A stretch of DNA of 14,399 nucleotides from positions 1-14,399 of IMG/VR virus record IMGVR_UViG_2711768167_000007. One strand, 5' to 3'. A program made the translations under genes and the position numbers. Below are positions 1-7,659 of the stretch, in pieces. This DNA comes from a virus (taxonomy: Duplodnaviria > Heunggongvirae > Uroviricota > Caudoviricetes). Below the pieces are notes generated by a model. The model had not been told where the DNA came from. It did no database searches and worked only from the letters and a program-made list of their open reading frames with translations. Positions within the stretch are counted from its first letter, which is position 1. Each line of letters begins with the position of its first letter.

Positions 1-1104
1 ATGAAAAATTTAACAGTGGCACTTTCTGCTGTAGCAGCATCAGTATTTCTGGCAATGTCTGCAAATGCAGCAGAAATATATAATAAAAACAGTAATAAAC
101 TGGATTTATATGGCAAAGTAGGGGGTAAACATTACTTTTCTTCTAACGCCAAAGAAGAAGGTGATGGAACTTATGCCCGTCTTGGATTCAAAGGTGAAAC
201 CCAAATCAACAATCAGTTAACTGGTTTTGGTCAATGGGAATATGAATTCAAAGGCAACAAGGCAGAAAAAGATGGCTCTGCAGGAGACAAAACCCGTCTG
301 GCATACGCTGGCCTGAAACTAGAAAATATTGGCTCTCTGGATTATGGTCGTAACTATGGCGTGGTGTATGACGCATTAAGCTATACTGATGTCCTCCCTG
401 AATTTGGGCCTGGTTCTGTTAACGGGGATAACTTCTTCGTGGGTCGTGTAGGTGGTGTTGCCACTTACCGTAATACCGACTTCTTCGGTCTGGTTGATGG
501 ACTGAACTTTGCGGTTCAGTATCTGGGTAAAAATGAGCGTGACAATGCAGGCACTTCAAACGGCGACGGTGTTGGCGGCTCTGTCAGTTATGAATATGAA
601 GGCTTTGGTTTTGTAGCTGCATATGGTGCAGCCGATCGCACCAATGCACAGGAAGCGACGACTTTTGGTAAAGGTAAAAAAGCTGAACAGTGGGCTACCA
701 GCGTAAAATATGACGCGAATAATCTGTACCTGGCAGCCACTTATGGTGAAACACGTAATACCCGCGCAATCAAGTACTCGCCCGGCGGCTACAACGGTGT
801 AGCCAATAAAACTGAAGATTTCGCTGTAGTTGCACAGTATCAGTTCGACTTTGGTTTGCGCCCGTCTCTTGCTTATATCCAGTCGAAAGCCAAAGACCTT
901 TCCACCAAAACTGGTATCCCTGAAAAACATAATGACGGATACATTGAAAAATTCATTGAAGTCGGTGCTGCTTATTACTTCAACAAAAATATGTCTACAT
1001 ACGTAGACTATAAAATCAACCTGCTTGATAAGAATCAATTCACTGAAAGAACTGATGTATTAACCGATGATATTGTCGCTGTTGGTTTGACTTATCAGTT
1101 CTGA
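1..1104 (+). CDS. Outer-membrane general porin, OmpC/OmpF/PhoE family (prophage-borne NmpC/Lc-like)
   Basis: ATG at position 1. Predicted signal peptide [23 protein letters not shown] then AEIYNK. Conserved porin blocks ([94 protein letters not shown]) and C-terminal ...VGLTYQF with terminal Phe typical of beta-barrel outer-membrane proteins. Position next to Q matches nmpC in DLP12 and lc in PA-2 (recalled). Confidence 0.9.
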   Translation: MKNLTVALSAVAASVFLAMSANAAEIYNKNSNKLDLYGKVGGKHYFSSNAKEEGDGTYARLGFKGETQINNQLTGFGQWEYEFKGNKAEKDGSAGDKTRLAYAGLKLENIGSLDYGRNYGVVYDALSYTDVLPEFGPGSVNGDNFFVGRVGGVATYRNTDFFGLVDGLNFAVQYLGKNERDNAGTSNGDGVGGSVSYEYEGFGFVAAYGAADRTNAQEATTFGKGKKAEQWATSVKYDANNLYLAATYGETRNTRAIKYSPGGYNGVANKTEDFAVVAQYQFDFGLRPSLAYIQSKAKDLSTKTGIPEKHNDGYIEKFIEVGAAYYFNKNMSTYVDYKINLLDKNQFTERTDVLTDDIVAVGLTYQF

Positions 1105-1248
1105 TTTGTTTTGTAAGAATATGTCGGGAGAGTGAAACTTTTCTGACATATAAAGTGGTGCCCTCATGCCACTGCAAAACGTTGGACAGTACTTAACTTT
1201 TCCAACGGACTTTCTGTTATTTATTACCGTTTTTTGTTGTTTATACTT

Positions 1249-1277
1249 GGGCGCTTTGCGCCCGTTCTTTTATTTAT
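1249..1277 (+). terminator. Candidate rho-independent terminator downstream of the porin gene
   Basis: Perfect GC hairpin GGGCGC-TTT-GCGCCC (1249-1263) followed by T-rich GTTCTTTTATTTAT. On the minus strand the hairpin is followed by an A-rich tract, so it is probably unidirectional. Confidence 0.45.
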
Positions 1278-1287
1278 CCTGTACGCC

Positions 1288-1713
1288 TTATATCCCTGCC
1301 CTGAAGGACGGAGTTTTACGGCACATCGAATAATTTACGCTCACATACCGATCCATCTCAAGTCTTACTCCCAGCATCATCAACATGCCATCAACCACTC
1401 CTTCAGCTTTTTGCAAACGCTTTCCAATATGCGTATCAGAACATCCATGTTTCCTTGCTAACTTCATCAGCGTCATCCCACACACGTAGTAATCAACCAG
1501 CAATTCATGCAAATCACTGTTGTTCCGGTTCAGTTGAGCCATACAACCACAGATAATCATCGCGTCATCATCGGAACACTGCGGTCGCGATTTTACTTTT
1601 GACGGTATCAGCCCCTTGAATCCGGCGGCAATGGATGACCATTCCACGTCTTCGTGGTTATTCGCCACCCATGCCCCCCATCGCTCCATAACCTGCTGAA
1701 TATCACGCGCCAT
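1288..1713 (-). CDS. Late-gene antitermination protein Q-like (DLP12 QuuD-type)
   Basis: N-terminal [35 protein letters not shown]...SRPQC...[14 protein letters not shown] resembles QuuD-type Q proteins as I recall them. The track start at 1722 is a GTG; the first ATG is Met4 at 1713, which fits the family N-terminus better. Lies directly downstream of rusA, as in DLP12. Confidence 0.75.
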   Translation of the reverse strand: MARDIQQVMERWGAWVANNHEDVEWSSIAAGFKGLIPSKVKSRPQCSDDDAMIICGCMAQLNRNNSDLHELLVDYYVCGMTLMKLARKHGCSDTHIGKRLQKAEGVVDGMLMMLGVRLEMDRYVSVNYSMCRKTPSFRAGI

Positions 1714-2074
1714 TGTTACCACCTGTAATTTCGTAAATCTTCACTCCCAGACGCCCGTCAGGTATTGACACGCCACGCACGATATAAATTTCATCAAACT
1801 GTTCGTCATCAATAAGCAGCCCCGCATGGGTCAGCGCATCCAGCGGTACTTTCAGTATGTTGTCCAGGTCACGGCGGCGGTTGTCTGGCGGGTCTGCGAT
1901 GATTTTTATACCCAGTCTTCCGGTCAGCCTTAATCTCAGTTGCTGCTGGCGAACAATAAGCCTGACATCACGACGATAACGTTCCCCCGCTTTTGATACA
2001 AAATACTTACCACCACGACGGTGCCAGTAAGTGTTCACCGGCGGCGGGTAAGGCAAAACAAATTCCAGACGCAT
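1703..2074 (-). CDS. rusA: Holliday-junction resolvase RusA
   Basis: 123 aa. N-terminal [11 protein letters not shown] and the acidic catalytic block [29 protein letters not shown] correspond to RusA (E. coli RusA has DRRRRDLDN...DALT...DD). GGAGG-containing RBS about 6 nt upstream of the ATG at 2074. Overlaps the Q gene start. Confidence 0.85.
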   Translation of the reverse strand: MRLEFVLPYPPPVNTYWHRRGGKYFVSKAGERYRRDVRLIVRQQQLRLRLTGRLGIKIIADPPDNRRRDLDNILKVPLDALTHAGLLIDDEQFDEIYIVRGVSIPDGRLGVKIYEITGGNNGA

Positions 2075-2192
2075 CTGTCCCCTCCTTCCACCCAGTCACA
2101 CCTGTTGCAAAAAAGCGTGGCAGAATAGAGAAAAAATTCAGCCATCACGCAGTAAACTCCTTCACCAGTTTTTCAAACTTTCCAGCCCTGCT

Positions 2193-3053
2193 TCATTGCT
2201 CACACTCCCCAACCAGATTGAGTATGACCGCAGCGCTATTGTCTTTCATATATTCGCCCTTTCCGCTTGCCAAAAACCAACGACACACCTCCACGGCTTC
2301 AGCCCGTGTCACCGGTTTGATGGTCATCAGCAATTTTTCAAGGTAGCGCTCGCGGTCATATACCGATTCGTGATGCTCAAAGTAACCAAACTCATCGCCC
2401 TGTTCTTTAGTTGCAGTGTGGCGAACACTGTAGAGCCAGTCCCAGTAAACAAACTCACGAACTACGTCTGACAATGTATGAGGCTCTGGCAGTACATCAC
2501 GATAGCCATCAACATATGCACGACGCTGATCATCAATTTCATTCATACGGATGCCGTCAATTCTGCCCGCTTTCTTCTCGGCTGCAGTCCAGCCCCAGAG
2601 ATGATCGTCGATAAATTTCTGGGAAGACTTGATCACTCGCTCGGCTTCCACATCTTCGAGTGCTGCTTCATAGCTACCAAACGTAGCCCTGACTGATGCT
2701 GCTTTTTTGATATTCTCCCGGGCGATCCTGATTGCCTGTGCCGGGTTATCCATGCCGATGGTACCGAAAGCAATCTGGAAAGGATCGCCACCATTCGCCA
2801 GCAGATAACGCGAATAGCGTTCCTGGGCCTCTTTTGGGGATATTTTAATTTTCACCAGCGCGGCCTCAGCAGCATCCAGATGTGCGGGTTCGTTCAGACG
2901 GATAACCTCCAGTACCCAAAGATAAGCATCAGTCTGCTTATGCCCGGTGATTCTCCGTTGCTCTGGCAGGGGTTTGATGTTTGCGAGGGCGGAGCTGTAC
3001 GCTGCCGTCGGGATGGTGAATAGTGCTTTATGTTCGTTGTTATCAGTACGCAT
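2193..3053 (-). CDS. Hypothetical phage protein (nin-region position), 286 aa
   Basis: Long ORF with ATG start; its start overlaps the stop of the upstream primase-like gene (TAATG). No family recognised by eye. Confidence 0.55.
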   Translation of the reverse strand: MRTDNNEHKALFTIPTAAYSSALANIKPLPEQRRITGHKQTDAYLWVLEVIRLNEPAHLDAAEAALVKIKISPKEAQERYSRYLLANGGDPFQIAFGTIGMDNPAQAIRIARENIKKAASVRATFGSYEAALEDVEAERVIKSSQKFIDDHLWGWTAAEKKAGRIDGIRMNEIDDQRRAYVDGYRDVLPEPHTLSDVVREFVYWDWLYSVRHTATKEQGDEFGYFEHHESVYDRERYLEKLLMTIKPVTRAEAVEVCRWFLASGKGEYMKDNSAAVILNLVGECEQ

Positions 3054-4021
3054 TACGCAGCCGCCTTTTTCTTATGGAAAACCAGCTCCCGAACCTGATC
3101 ACCGTTCATGAGCATATTGTTGAAATCATCGTGATCCGGCCAGTACACGCTCACGCGCTGCAGGTCATTCTTTGCCATCAGATTGGCATGAGCACATTCG
3201 CAAGCCGCAGCCAGCCCGGTGGCGCTGTTCTCGTCACGGTCGGCAAAAATAATCAGGTGCAGAACACCAGCTGGTACGCGGAACTTTTTCATAAAGCCGC
3301 TGTTAATGGTTGCCCAGGTGTTCACGTTATAAATCTGGTGCGCTGACAGCGCTGTTTCGATGCCTTCGGCGATACCCAGAGTGCTGGCGACAGGAAACAT
3401 GCGGATAGCTACAGAACGAGCGTGATCCAGATAGTTATCTTCCTGCAGGGATTTTAGGCGCTTTGCACTGCTACCGATATCTGCTTTTTTATCACCATCA
3501 AGCAGGGTCTGGTGCAGATAGCACAGCTCCCCTTTATCGTCCGTAGCAAGTGAATAAAGAGACTGGAACACACTCCCGTTGTGTCTCTGCCTGGCATTGA
3601 ACCTGATCGCCTCAGCAGGAAGACTGAATATTCCACGAGAATTAAGATACGCGGCGCCGGATGTACCACGCAGTGCCTCCAGTTTTGAAAACTTGCTCAA
3701 TACCCGTTTGCGTAAGCTGGTGGCGCTGCTGGTTACCGGGATTTTAACCCGTTGGTAATTATTACCGATCAGGCGGTCTATTTCGGTACAAATCACGTTA
3801 AATGGCTTCGCCTGTGTCAGGGTGACAAGTTTCATACCATCGCCACTACCACATACACAGATCCACGTTCCTGCACCGTCGCGGTCGTCAATTCGGAACT
3901 TGCCACGTGCACCGCATACCGGGCATTCACCCTTAAAGTGATTTTTTCCGGTTATCGGCGGCAGACCGAAGTGCTCTAATATTTCAGGCCAGCGGCCTTT
4001 CGCTGCATCTGCTGTTTTCAT
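3053..4021 (-). CDS. Primase-like protein with N-terminal zinc-binding motif and Toprim domain
   Basis: CPVCGARGKFRIDDRDGAGTWICVCG zinc-ribbon-like motif near the N-terminus and an acidic Toprim-like block LIIFADRDENSATG. Start lies 2 nt after the helicase stop (translational coupling). Confidence 0.75.
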   Translation of the reverse strand: MKTADAAKGRWPEILEHFGLPPITGKNHFKGECPVCGARGKFRIDDRDGAGTWICVCGSGDGMKLVTLTQAKPFNVICTEIDRLIGNNYQRVKIPVTSSATSLRKRVLSKFSKLEALRGTSGAAYLNSRGIFSLPAEAIRFNARQRHNGSVFQSLYSLATDDKGELCYLHQTLLDGDKKADIGSSAKRLKSLQEDNYLDHARSVAIRMFPVASTLGIAEGIETALSAHQIYNVNTWATINSGFMKKFRVPAGVLHLIIFADRDENSATGLAAACECAHANLMAKNDLQRVSVYWPDHDDFNNMLMNGDQVRELVFHKKKAAA

Positions 4022-4022
4022 C

Positions 4023-5681
4023 TTACTGACTCAGACTGTTTATATTTTTCTGGAGTTGTTGCTTTGCCTGCATAATGCGCCAAGCCTCACTTTCTTCCGG
4101 TGGAACATACCGGCCACCAACAACCAGTGGCAGAGAAAGCACTTCGGATGAGTTTTTCGTCATCCTCCGTGTCCGTTCACGACCTTTAGCAAACCGGATC
4201 AGCTTGTGTCTGATGTAGTTACTTACCTCTGGGCTTATTTCCATCGGGAAACTGCTCAACCCATCAGGCCATTCACCGAATTTCTCCCTGAAAGTGTGAG
4301 CGCACCATCCATCACTGACTGGACGCCCCAGTGAGGCACGCTGGCGCTGATAAAATTTGATCTGACTCCACCAGGCCTGTTTCTCTGCCTTCGTGGACTG
4401 ATGCTGATTTTTACCCAGCTTATTAAGTTTGCGGCTAGTGTCAGTATCAACGTCTTCACCTCGCAGCGGCTTGTGTCCACATTTCGGGCAAACATAGACG
4501 CCAGCTGGCTTCATGTAGTGGCATTGAGGGCATTCATGTGGCAATTTTTCGGCCCGTTCCTCAACTGCGCGGCGCGTGCTTTCCTCCATGCCGTCAGACT
4601 TACCGGGAAGATCGTCGTACTCGATTGAATCCGGATAACCCAGACGGTGCACGGTGCCGCTGTGATCGAAGATAAGGCAGGACGCTTTACCCGGTGCGGT
4701 GCGAAGTCCACGCCCGAGTGCCTGCAACCAGCGAATTTCGCTTTTTGTTGGCCTGGCGTAGATGATGCAACGAACGTCACTATCGAATCCGGCTACCAGA
4801 ACGCCCACACTAACGATGATTTTCGTTGCACCGGTTTCAAAGCGGTGAATGATGGTCTGGCGCTCATCTACCGGAGTGTCGGCGGTCATTACCTCAGCGT
4901 TAACACCCGCCAGGTTAAACTGGATTGTCAGATAATTGGCGTGAGCTACGTTGACGCAGAAAGCGATGGTAGGTAAATCCCGACCATTCTCCAGCCAGTT
5001 CTGTACGATGTCGCCCACCAGCGTAGAGCCGCACATGATTTCAGCCAGCTGCGTTTCGTTGTAATCCCGGCCGTACTCAAGCGAAGATGTGGTTTTAACA
5101 CCTTTCAGATCCGGCTTAGTTGGCGCGTAAAATTCGTATTTACTCAGATCGCCACGCTGGATTAACTCGCCGATGGTGGTCGGCTTAATCAGTCGGTCAT
5201 AGTATTTGCCCAGGAACGGAGAAAACGGAGTACCCGACAGGCCAATCACCTTTACGCCTTTGCCGCGCAGACGTTCGATATCCTTCAGGATGCGTTTTTT
5301 ACGCAGGTGCGCTTCGTCGATAATCAGCAGATCGATATTTTCAGGAAAAACACGACGAATAAGCGTGTCAGCGCTGGCAATCTGAATTTTCCGGTCCGGA
5401 TCGTAGTTCGGGTGATCCGCCCAGATATAACCGATTTCATCTCCAGGTAAACCATACTGCACGAACCGATTAGCCGTCTGACCAATCAGGATGGTGTACG
5501 GAACACAGAACAGAACGCGCATACCACGGCTGACAAAACCAGCAACTATGAAGGCTGCCAGACCCGTTTTACCGCTACCGGTTGGCGAGTACACCATGAA
5601 AGTGTCGTTTGCCTTCCAGTCACGGCGCAACATGTTTAACGCTCGTTCCTGTGCAAAATTCGGCGTGATCGTCAGCTCCAT
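4023..5681 (-). CDS. SF2 (DEAD/DEAH-box type) helicase with C-terminal zinc ribbon; putative replicative helicase of the prophage
   Basis: Walker A VYSPTGSGKTG, motif II LLIIDEAHL, motif III LSGTPF, motif VI QALGRGLR, and CPQC...CPKC zinc ribbon in the C-terminal extension. Occupies the position lambda O/P would take, between the cII-position gene and the nin region. Confidence 0.85.
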   Translation of the reverse strand: MELTITPNFAQERALNMLRRDWKANDTFMVYSPTGSGKTGLAAFIVAGFVSRGMRVLFCVPYTILIGQTANRFVQYGLPGDEIGYIWADHPNYDPDRKIQIASADTLIRRVFPENIDLLIIDEAHLRKKRILKDIERLRGKGVKVIGLSGTPFSPFLGKYYDRLIKPTTIGELIQRGDLSKYEFYAPTKPDLKGVKTTSSLEYGRDYNETQLAEIMCGSTLVGDIVQNWLENGRDLPTIAFCVNVAHANYLTIQFNLAGVNAEVMTADTPVDERQTIIHRFETGATKIIVSVGVLVAGFDSDVRCIIYARPTKSEIRWLQALGRGLRTAPGKASCLIFDHSGTVHRLGYPDSIEYDDLPGKSDGMEESTRRAVEERAEKLPHECPQCHYMKPAGVYVCPKCGHKPLRGEDVDTDTSRKLNKLGKNQHQSTKAEKQAWWSQIKFYQRQRASLGRPVSDGWCAHTFREKFGEWPDGLSSFPMEISPEVSNYIRHKLIRFAKGRERTRRMTKNSSEVLSLPLVVGGRYVPPEESEAWRIMQAKQQLQKNINSLSQ

Positions 5682-6094
5682 TGTGCAGCTCCCGTGCTGA
5701 TGAGATAATAATTTTGTGATGTGGTTTTCATGGATTCCCCCTCACATGGCTGGTGGCCTCCCCAAAGGCTGCCAGCCTCCCTTCTGATTCAGCTCCTCTG
5801 AAAAATCACTCTTCCAGGAAGAATCCTTTTCGTTTCTCAGCGCCTGAGCGCTTTGTACTACCTTGCTGATACGGGCGTTTTTTTAAATTGCGCCCTTAAG
5901 ACAGTGATCTACTTAACCAATGGATCTCTCCTGTTGGAAAAGACCCTATTCCTGCCCCAACACCCAATCCCCCCTTACCCCCCTTACCCTCTTCCCCATA
6001 AAAACGTACTACTTCCCTAGTACACATGAGGAGTTGGGTCAGTTGGTTGCCAACCTGAACAGGCACCTTTAAGCCTGCTTCTGTTCGGGTACCT
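5682..6094. other. Structured 413-bp intergenic region upstream of the helicase gene (candidate promoter and/or replication-origin region)
   Basis: Non-coding gap inside an otherwise tightly packed operon. Contains imperfect direct repeats GGCTGGTGGCCTCCCC (5748-5763) and GGCTGCCAGCCTCCC (5767-5781), a palindrome AGGCTGCCAGCCT (5766-5778), a hairpin GTACTA-N6-TAGTAC (about 6005-6022), a palindrome GGTTGCCAACC (about 6044-6054) and a C-rich tandem-repeat tract. Function is inferred, not shown. Confidence 0.35.
5971..5988. repeat. Tandem 9-mer CCCCTTACC x2 inside a C-rich tract (5955-5997)
   Basis: Direct reading: ccccttacc (5971-5979) immediately followed by ccccttacc (5980-5988), flanked by further C runs. 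The minus strand here is G-rich with at least four G runs. Confidence 0.8.
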
Positions 6095-6403
6095 TTAAAC
6101 CCGAAACAATGAGGAGCGCGATTGCGATCCAGCCAGGGGAGGTTCGGCTGTATACCCCTGTAAAGCTCTGCCCTGATTTCTTACAAACAGGCGGAGCCTT
6201 GTGTTTGCTTCGTGCCTTGCTCTGTTCTCCTTGCGGAATGAAACAGGCTCAGCGTCAAAAGTGATTTCGTATACCTCCGCATATTTCAGGGCAACCTTCC
6301 GTCTCAGTGACGGAGGCAGCCCCTGTAACTGCTGCTGAATCCACTCTTCGTCTGCCTGGCAGTACCTAGATGGCATCTCTGTCTGAACGTAATTCTGGGA
6401 CAT
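6095..6403 (-). CDS. Hypothetical protein at the cII position (possible regulatory protein), 102 aa
   Basis: ATG start 12 nt downstream of the Cro-like gene's stop. Identity not recognised; call rests on position only. Confidence 0.5.
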   Translation of the reverse strand: MSQNYVQTEMPSRYCQADEEWIQQQLQGLPPSLRRKVALKYAEVYEITFDAEPVSFRKENRARHEANTRLRLFVRNQGRALQGYTAEPPLAGSQSRSSLFRV

Positions 6404-6415
6404 ACAAGCCCTTCA

Positions 6416-6688
6416 TCATTCGTTTTTCATAACTGCCGCATTTGTGGCTGTGTGACTTCTACGTAACAAATCAGGGATTGCATCTTCAGGATGGGGATAA
6501 AGATCTGGTCTTAACCCATGAGGAGTAACTTTCCATTCCACAACTTCACATACACGCAAGACGAAACGAGCAGGAATTGTTCTTTTTGAAAACCATTGGT
6601 TCACAGCTTGCGGCGTAACGCCTAGATTTCGCGCTATGGCATTTTGTGCAATTAGCTCACGAAGTGCGTCGTAATCATTTCCTTTCAT
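6416..6688 (-). CDS. Cro-like / YdaS-type helix-turn-helix regulator, 90 aa
   Basis: Small protein with HTH-like segment RNLGVTPQAVNQWFSKRTIPARFVLRV. Transcribed divergently from the CI-like repressor across an operator-bearing intergenic region. Confidence 0.75.
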   Translation of the reverse strand: MKGNDYDALRELIAQNAIARNLGVTPQAVNQWFSKRTIPARFVLRVCEVVEWKVTPHGLRPDLYPHPEDAIPDLLRRSHTATNAAVMKNE

Positions 6689-6822
6689 CGCAACCCACCA
6701 ATCTAAACTTTATAAATTCAAGATTACATCAAGTTTAAATTAACATGCAAGTCCACAAAAGATCGAATACACTAAAATCAAGTAAAAATTTATCGAAACC
6801 AAGTAACCAGCAAGGATTAACA
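6689..6822. promoter_or_regulatory. Divergent immunity promoter/operator region (oR-like) between Cro-like and CI-like genes
   Basis: AT-rich 134-bp gap between divergent HTH genes. ATCAAGT motif at 6728-6734 and 6777-6783; the 13-mer aaatcaagtaaaa (6775-6787) recurs beyond the repressor gene at 7540-7552. Confidence 0.55.
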
Positions 6823-7512
6823 ATGAAAAACTTAAAGAGCACTGAAAATCGAATTACAAAGCTGCTACAGGAGAAAGGCTGGAGCCAAGCAGAGCTGGCC
6901 CGAAAGTTAGGTGTCAGCGCACAGTCCGTACAGTACTGGACAACAGGAAAAACATTTCCAAGGGGAAACCGGCTTGCCCAGTTATCCGAAATAAGTGGTT
7001 ATCCGCAATCGTGGTTTTTAGGAGAAATCACGTCACGGCAGTTCTCTTCAAAGGAAAAACATCAAGCAAGAACTGACAGTGTGGTCTTTAACGTGCTCGA
7101 TGTTGAGTTTAGTTGCGGCGATGGAACACATGTCCGTGGGGACTTTATCGATGTAGTTCGCTCAATCGAGCTTGATCCTGAATATGCCCGTCGCCTTGTT
7201 GGCAATAGAGCATTTCAAAACATAGAGATTGGTAACGCAAGAGGAGATAGTATGGCTCCAACAATAGCCCCAGGAGATCTTCTTTTTCTCGATAAAACAG
7301 TGAATTACTTTGATGGTGATGGCATTTATGCTTTTTGCTTTGATGGTGAATGCTACGTCAAAAGATTACAAAAGATAGGAAGTAAAATCATGGTGTTATC
7401 TGATAACCCAAATTACCAATCCTGGAGCATTGAAAAAGATGCTCTTGAGCTGCTTTATATCCAATCGAAGGTAATATCATCTGTTCCATTCAATATAAAT
7501 AGATTTGGTTAA
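6823..7512 (+). CDS. CI-like prophage repressor (N-terminal HTH-XRE, C-terminal S24 LexA-type peptidase domain)
   Basis: HTH segment GWSQAELARKLGVSAQSVQYWTTGKTFP; S24 catalytic motifs GDSMAPT (Ser) and VKRL (Lys). Start chosen at the ATG at 6823 (RBS AGGA about 6 nt upstream) rather than the track's 6745 ATG, because 6745-6822 carries the operator repeats. Confidence 0.85.
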   Translation: MKNLKSTENRITKLLQEKGWSQAELARKLGVSAQSVQYWTTGKTFPRGNRLAQLSEISGYPQSWFLGEITSRQFSSKEKHQARTDSVVFNVLDVEFSCGDGTHVRGDFIDVVRSIELDPEYARRLVGNRAFQNIEIGNARGDSMAPTIAPGDLLFLDKTVNYFDGDGIYAFCFDGECYVKRLQKIGSKIMVLSDNPNYQSWSIEKDALELLYIQSKVISSVPFNINRFG

Positions 7513-7659
7513 TTATTTATTATTAAAGAAAAAATTTACAAATCAAGTAAAAGAGACGCAGAAATCAATTTTTTCTTGACAACCCCATCAATCAAGATCT
7601 AACATCACACCATCAATTTTAACTTGATTTGTTGTTAATTTTAAATTGATGGTGATTCA
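7513..7659. promoter_or_regulatory. oL/pL-like promoter-operator region driving the plus-strand early operon
   Basis: ATCAAGT at 7542-7548, ATCAAG at 7591-7596 and inverted CTTGAT at 7623-7628. TTGACA at 7576-7581 with TAACAT 18 bp downstream (7600-7605). Perfect 12-bp inverted repeat CACCATCAATTT (7608-7619) / AAATTGATGGTG (7643-7654) overlapping the start region of the next gene. Confidence 0.5.

Noticed and set aside
556-1038. 160-aa minus-strand ORF inside the porin gene
   Set aside because: Entirely antisense to a well-supported porin CDS; low-complexity translation with no start context. Judged a spurious overlapping frame.
1234-1461. 75-aa plus-strand ORF spanning the porin terminator and the Q gene 3' end
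   Set aside because: Overlaps the terminator hairpin and is antisense to the Q-like gene; Leu/Phe-rich translation typical of an AT-rich non-coding frame.
2075-2192. 36-codon minus-strand ORF starting at 2145 in the gap upstream of rusA
   Set aside because: Overlaps the rusA RBS and start out of frame with no convincing RBS of its own; could correspond to a tiny nin-region gene but cannot be supported.
1993-3346. Several plus-strand ORFs (1993-2346, 2196-2471, 2411-2614, 2478-2696, 3023-3346) antisense to rusA, the 286-aa gene and the primase-like gene
   Set aside because: All lie within and opposite to longer, coupled minus-strand genes and lack RBS-like sequences.
3454-4976. Short ORFs on either strand inside the primase and helicase genes (3454-3669, 3752-3979, 4256-4495, 4401-4628, 4511-4780, 4647-4976)
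   Set aside because: Nested within or antisense to the strongly supported helicase and primase CDSs.
5955-6030. Glycine-rich 43-codon minus-strand ORF across the C-rich tract
   Set aside because: The reading frame is a by-product of the G-rich repeat (GGG/GGT codons) and has no RBS.
6745-6822. Upstream ATG (6745) as the start of the CI-like repressor
   Set aside because: It would place the operator repeats inside the coding sequence and add a 26-aa basic leader with no RBS. The ATG at 6823 has an AGGA RBS and starts directly at the HTH domain.
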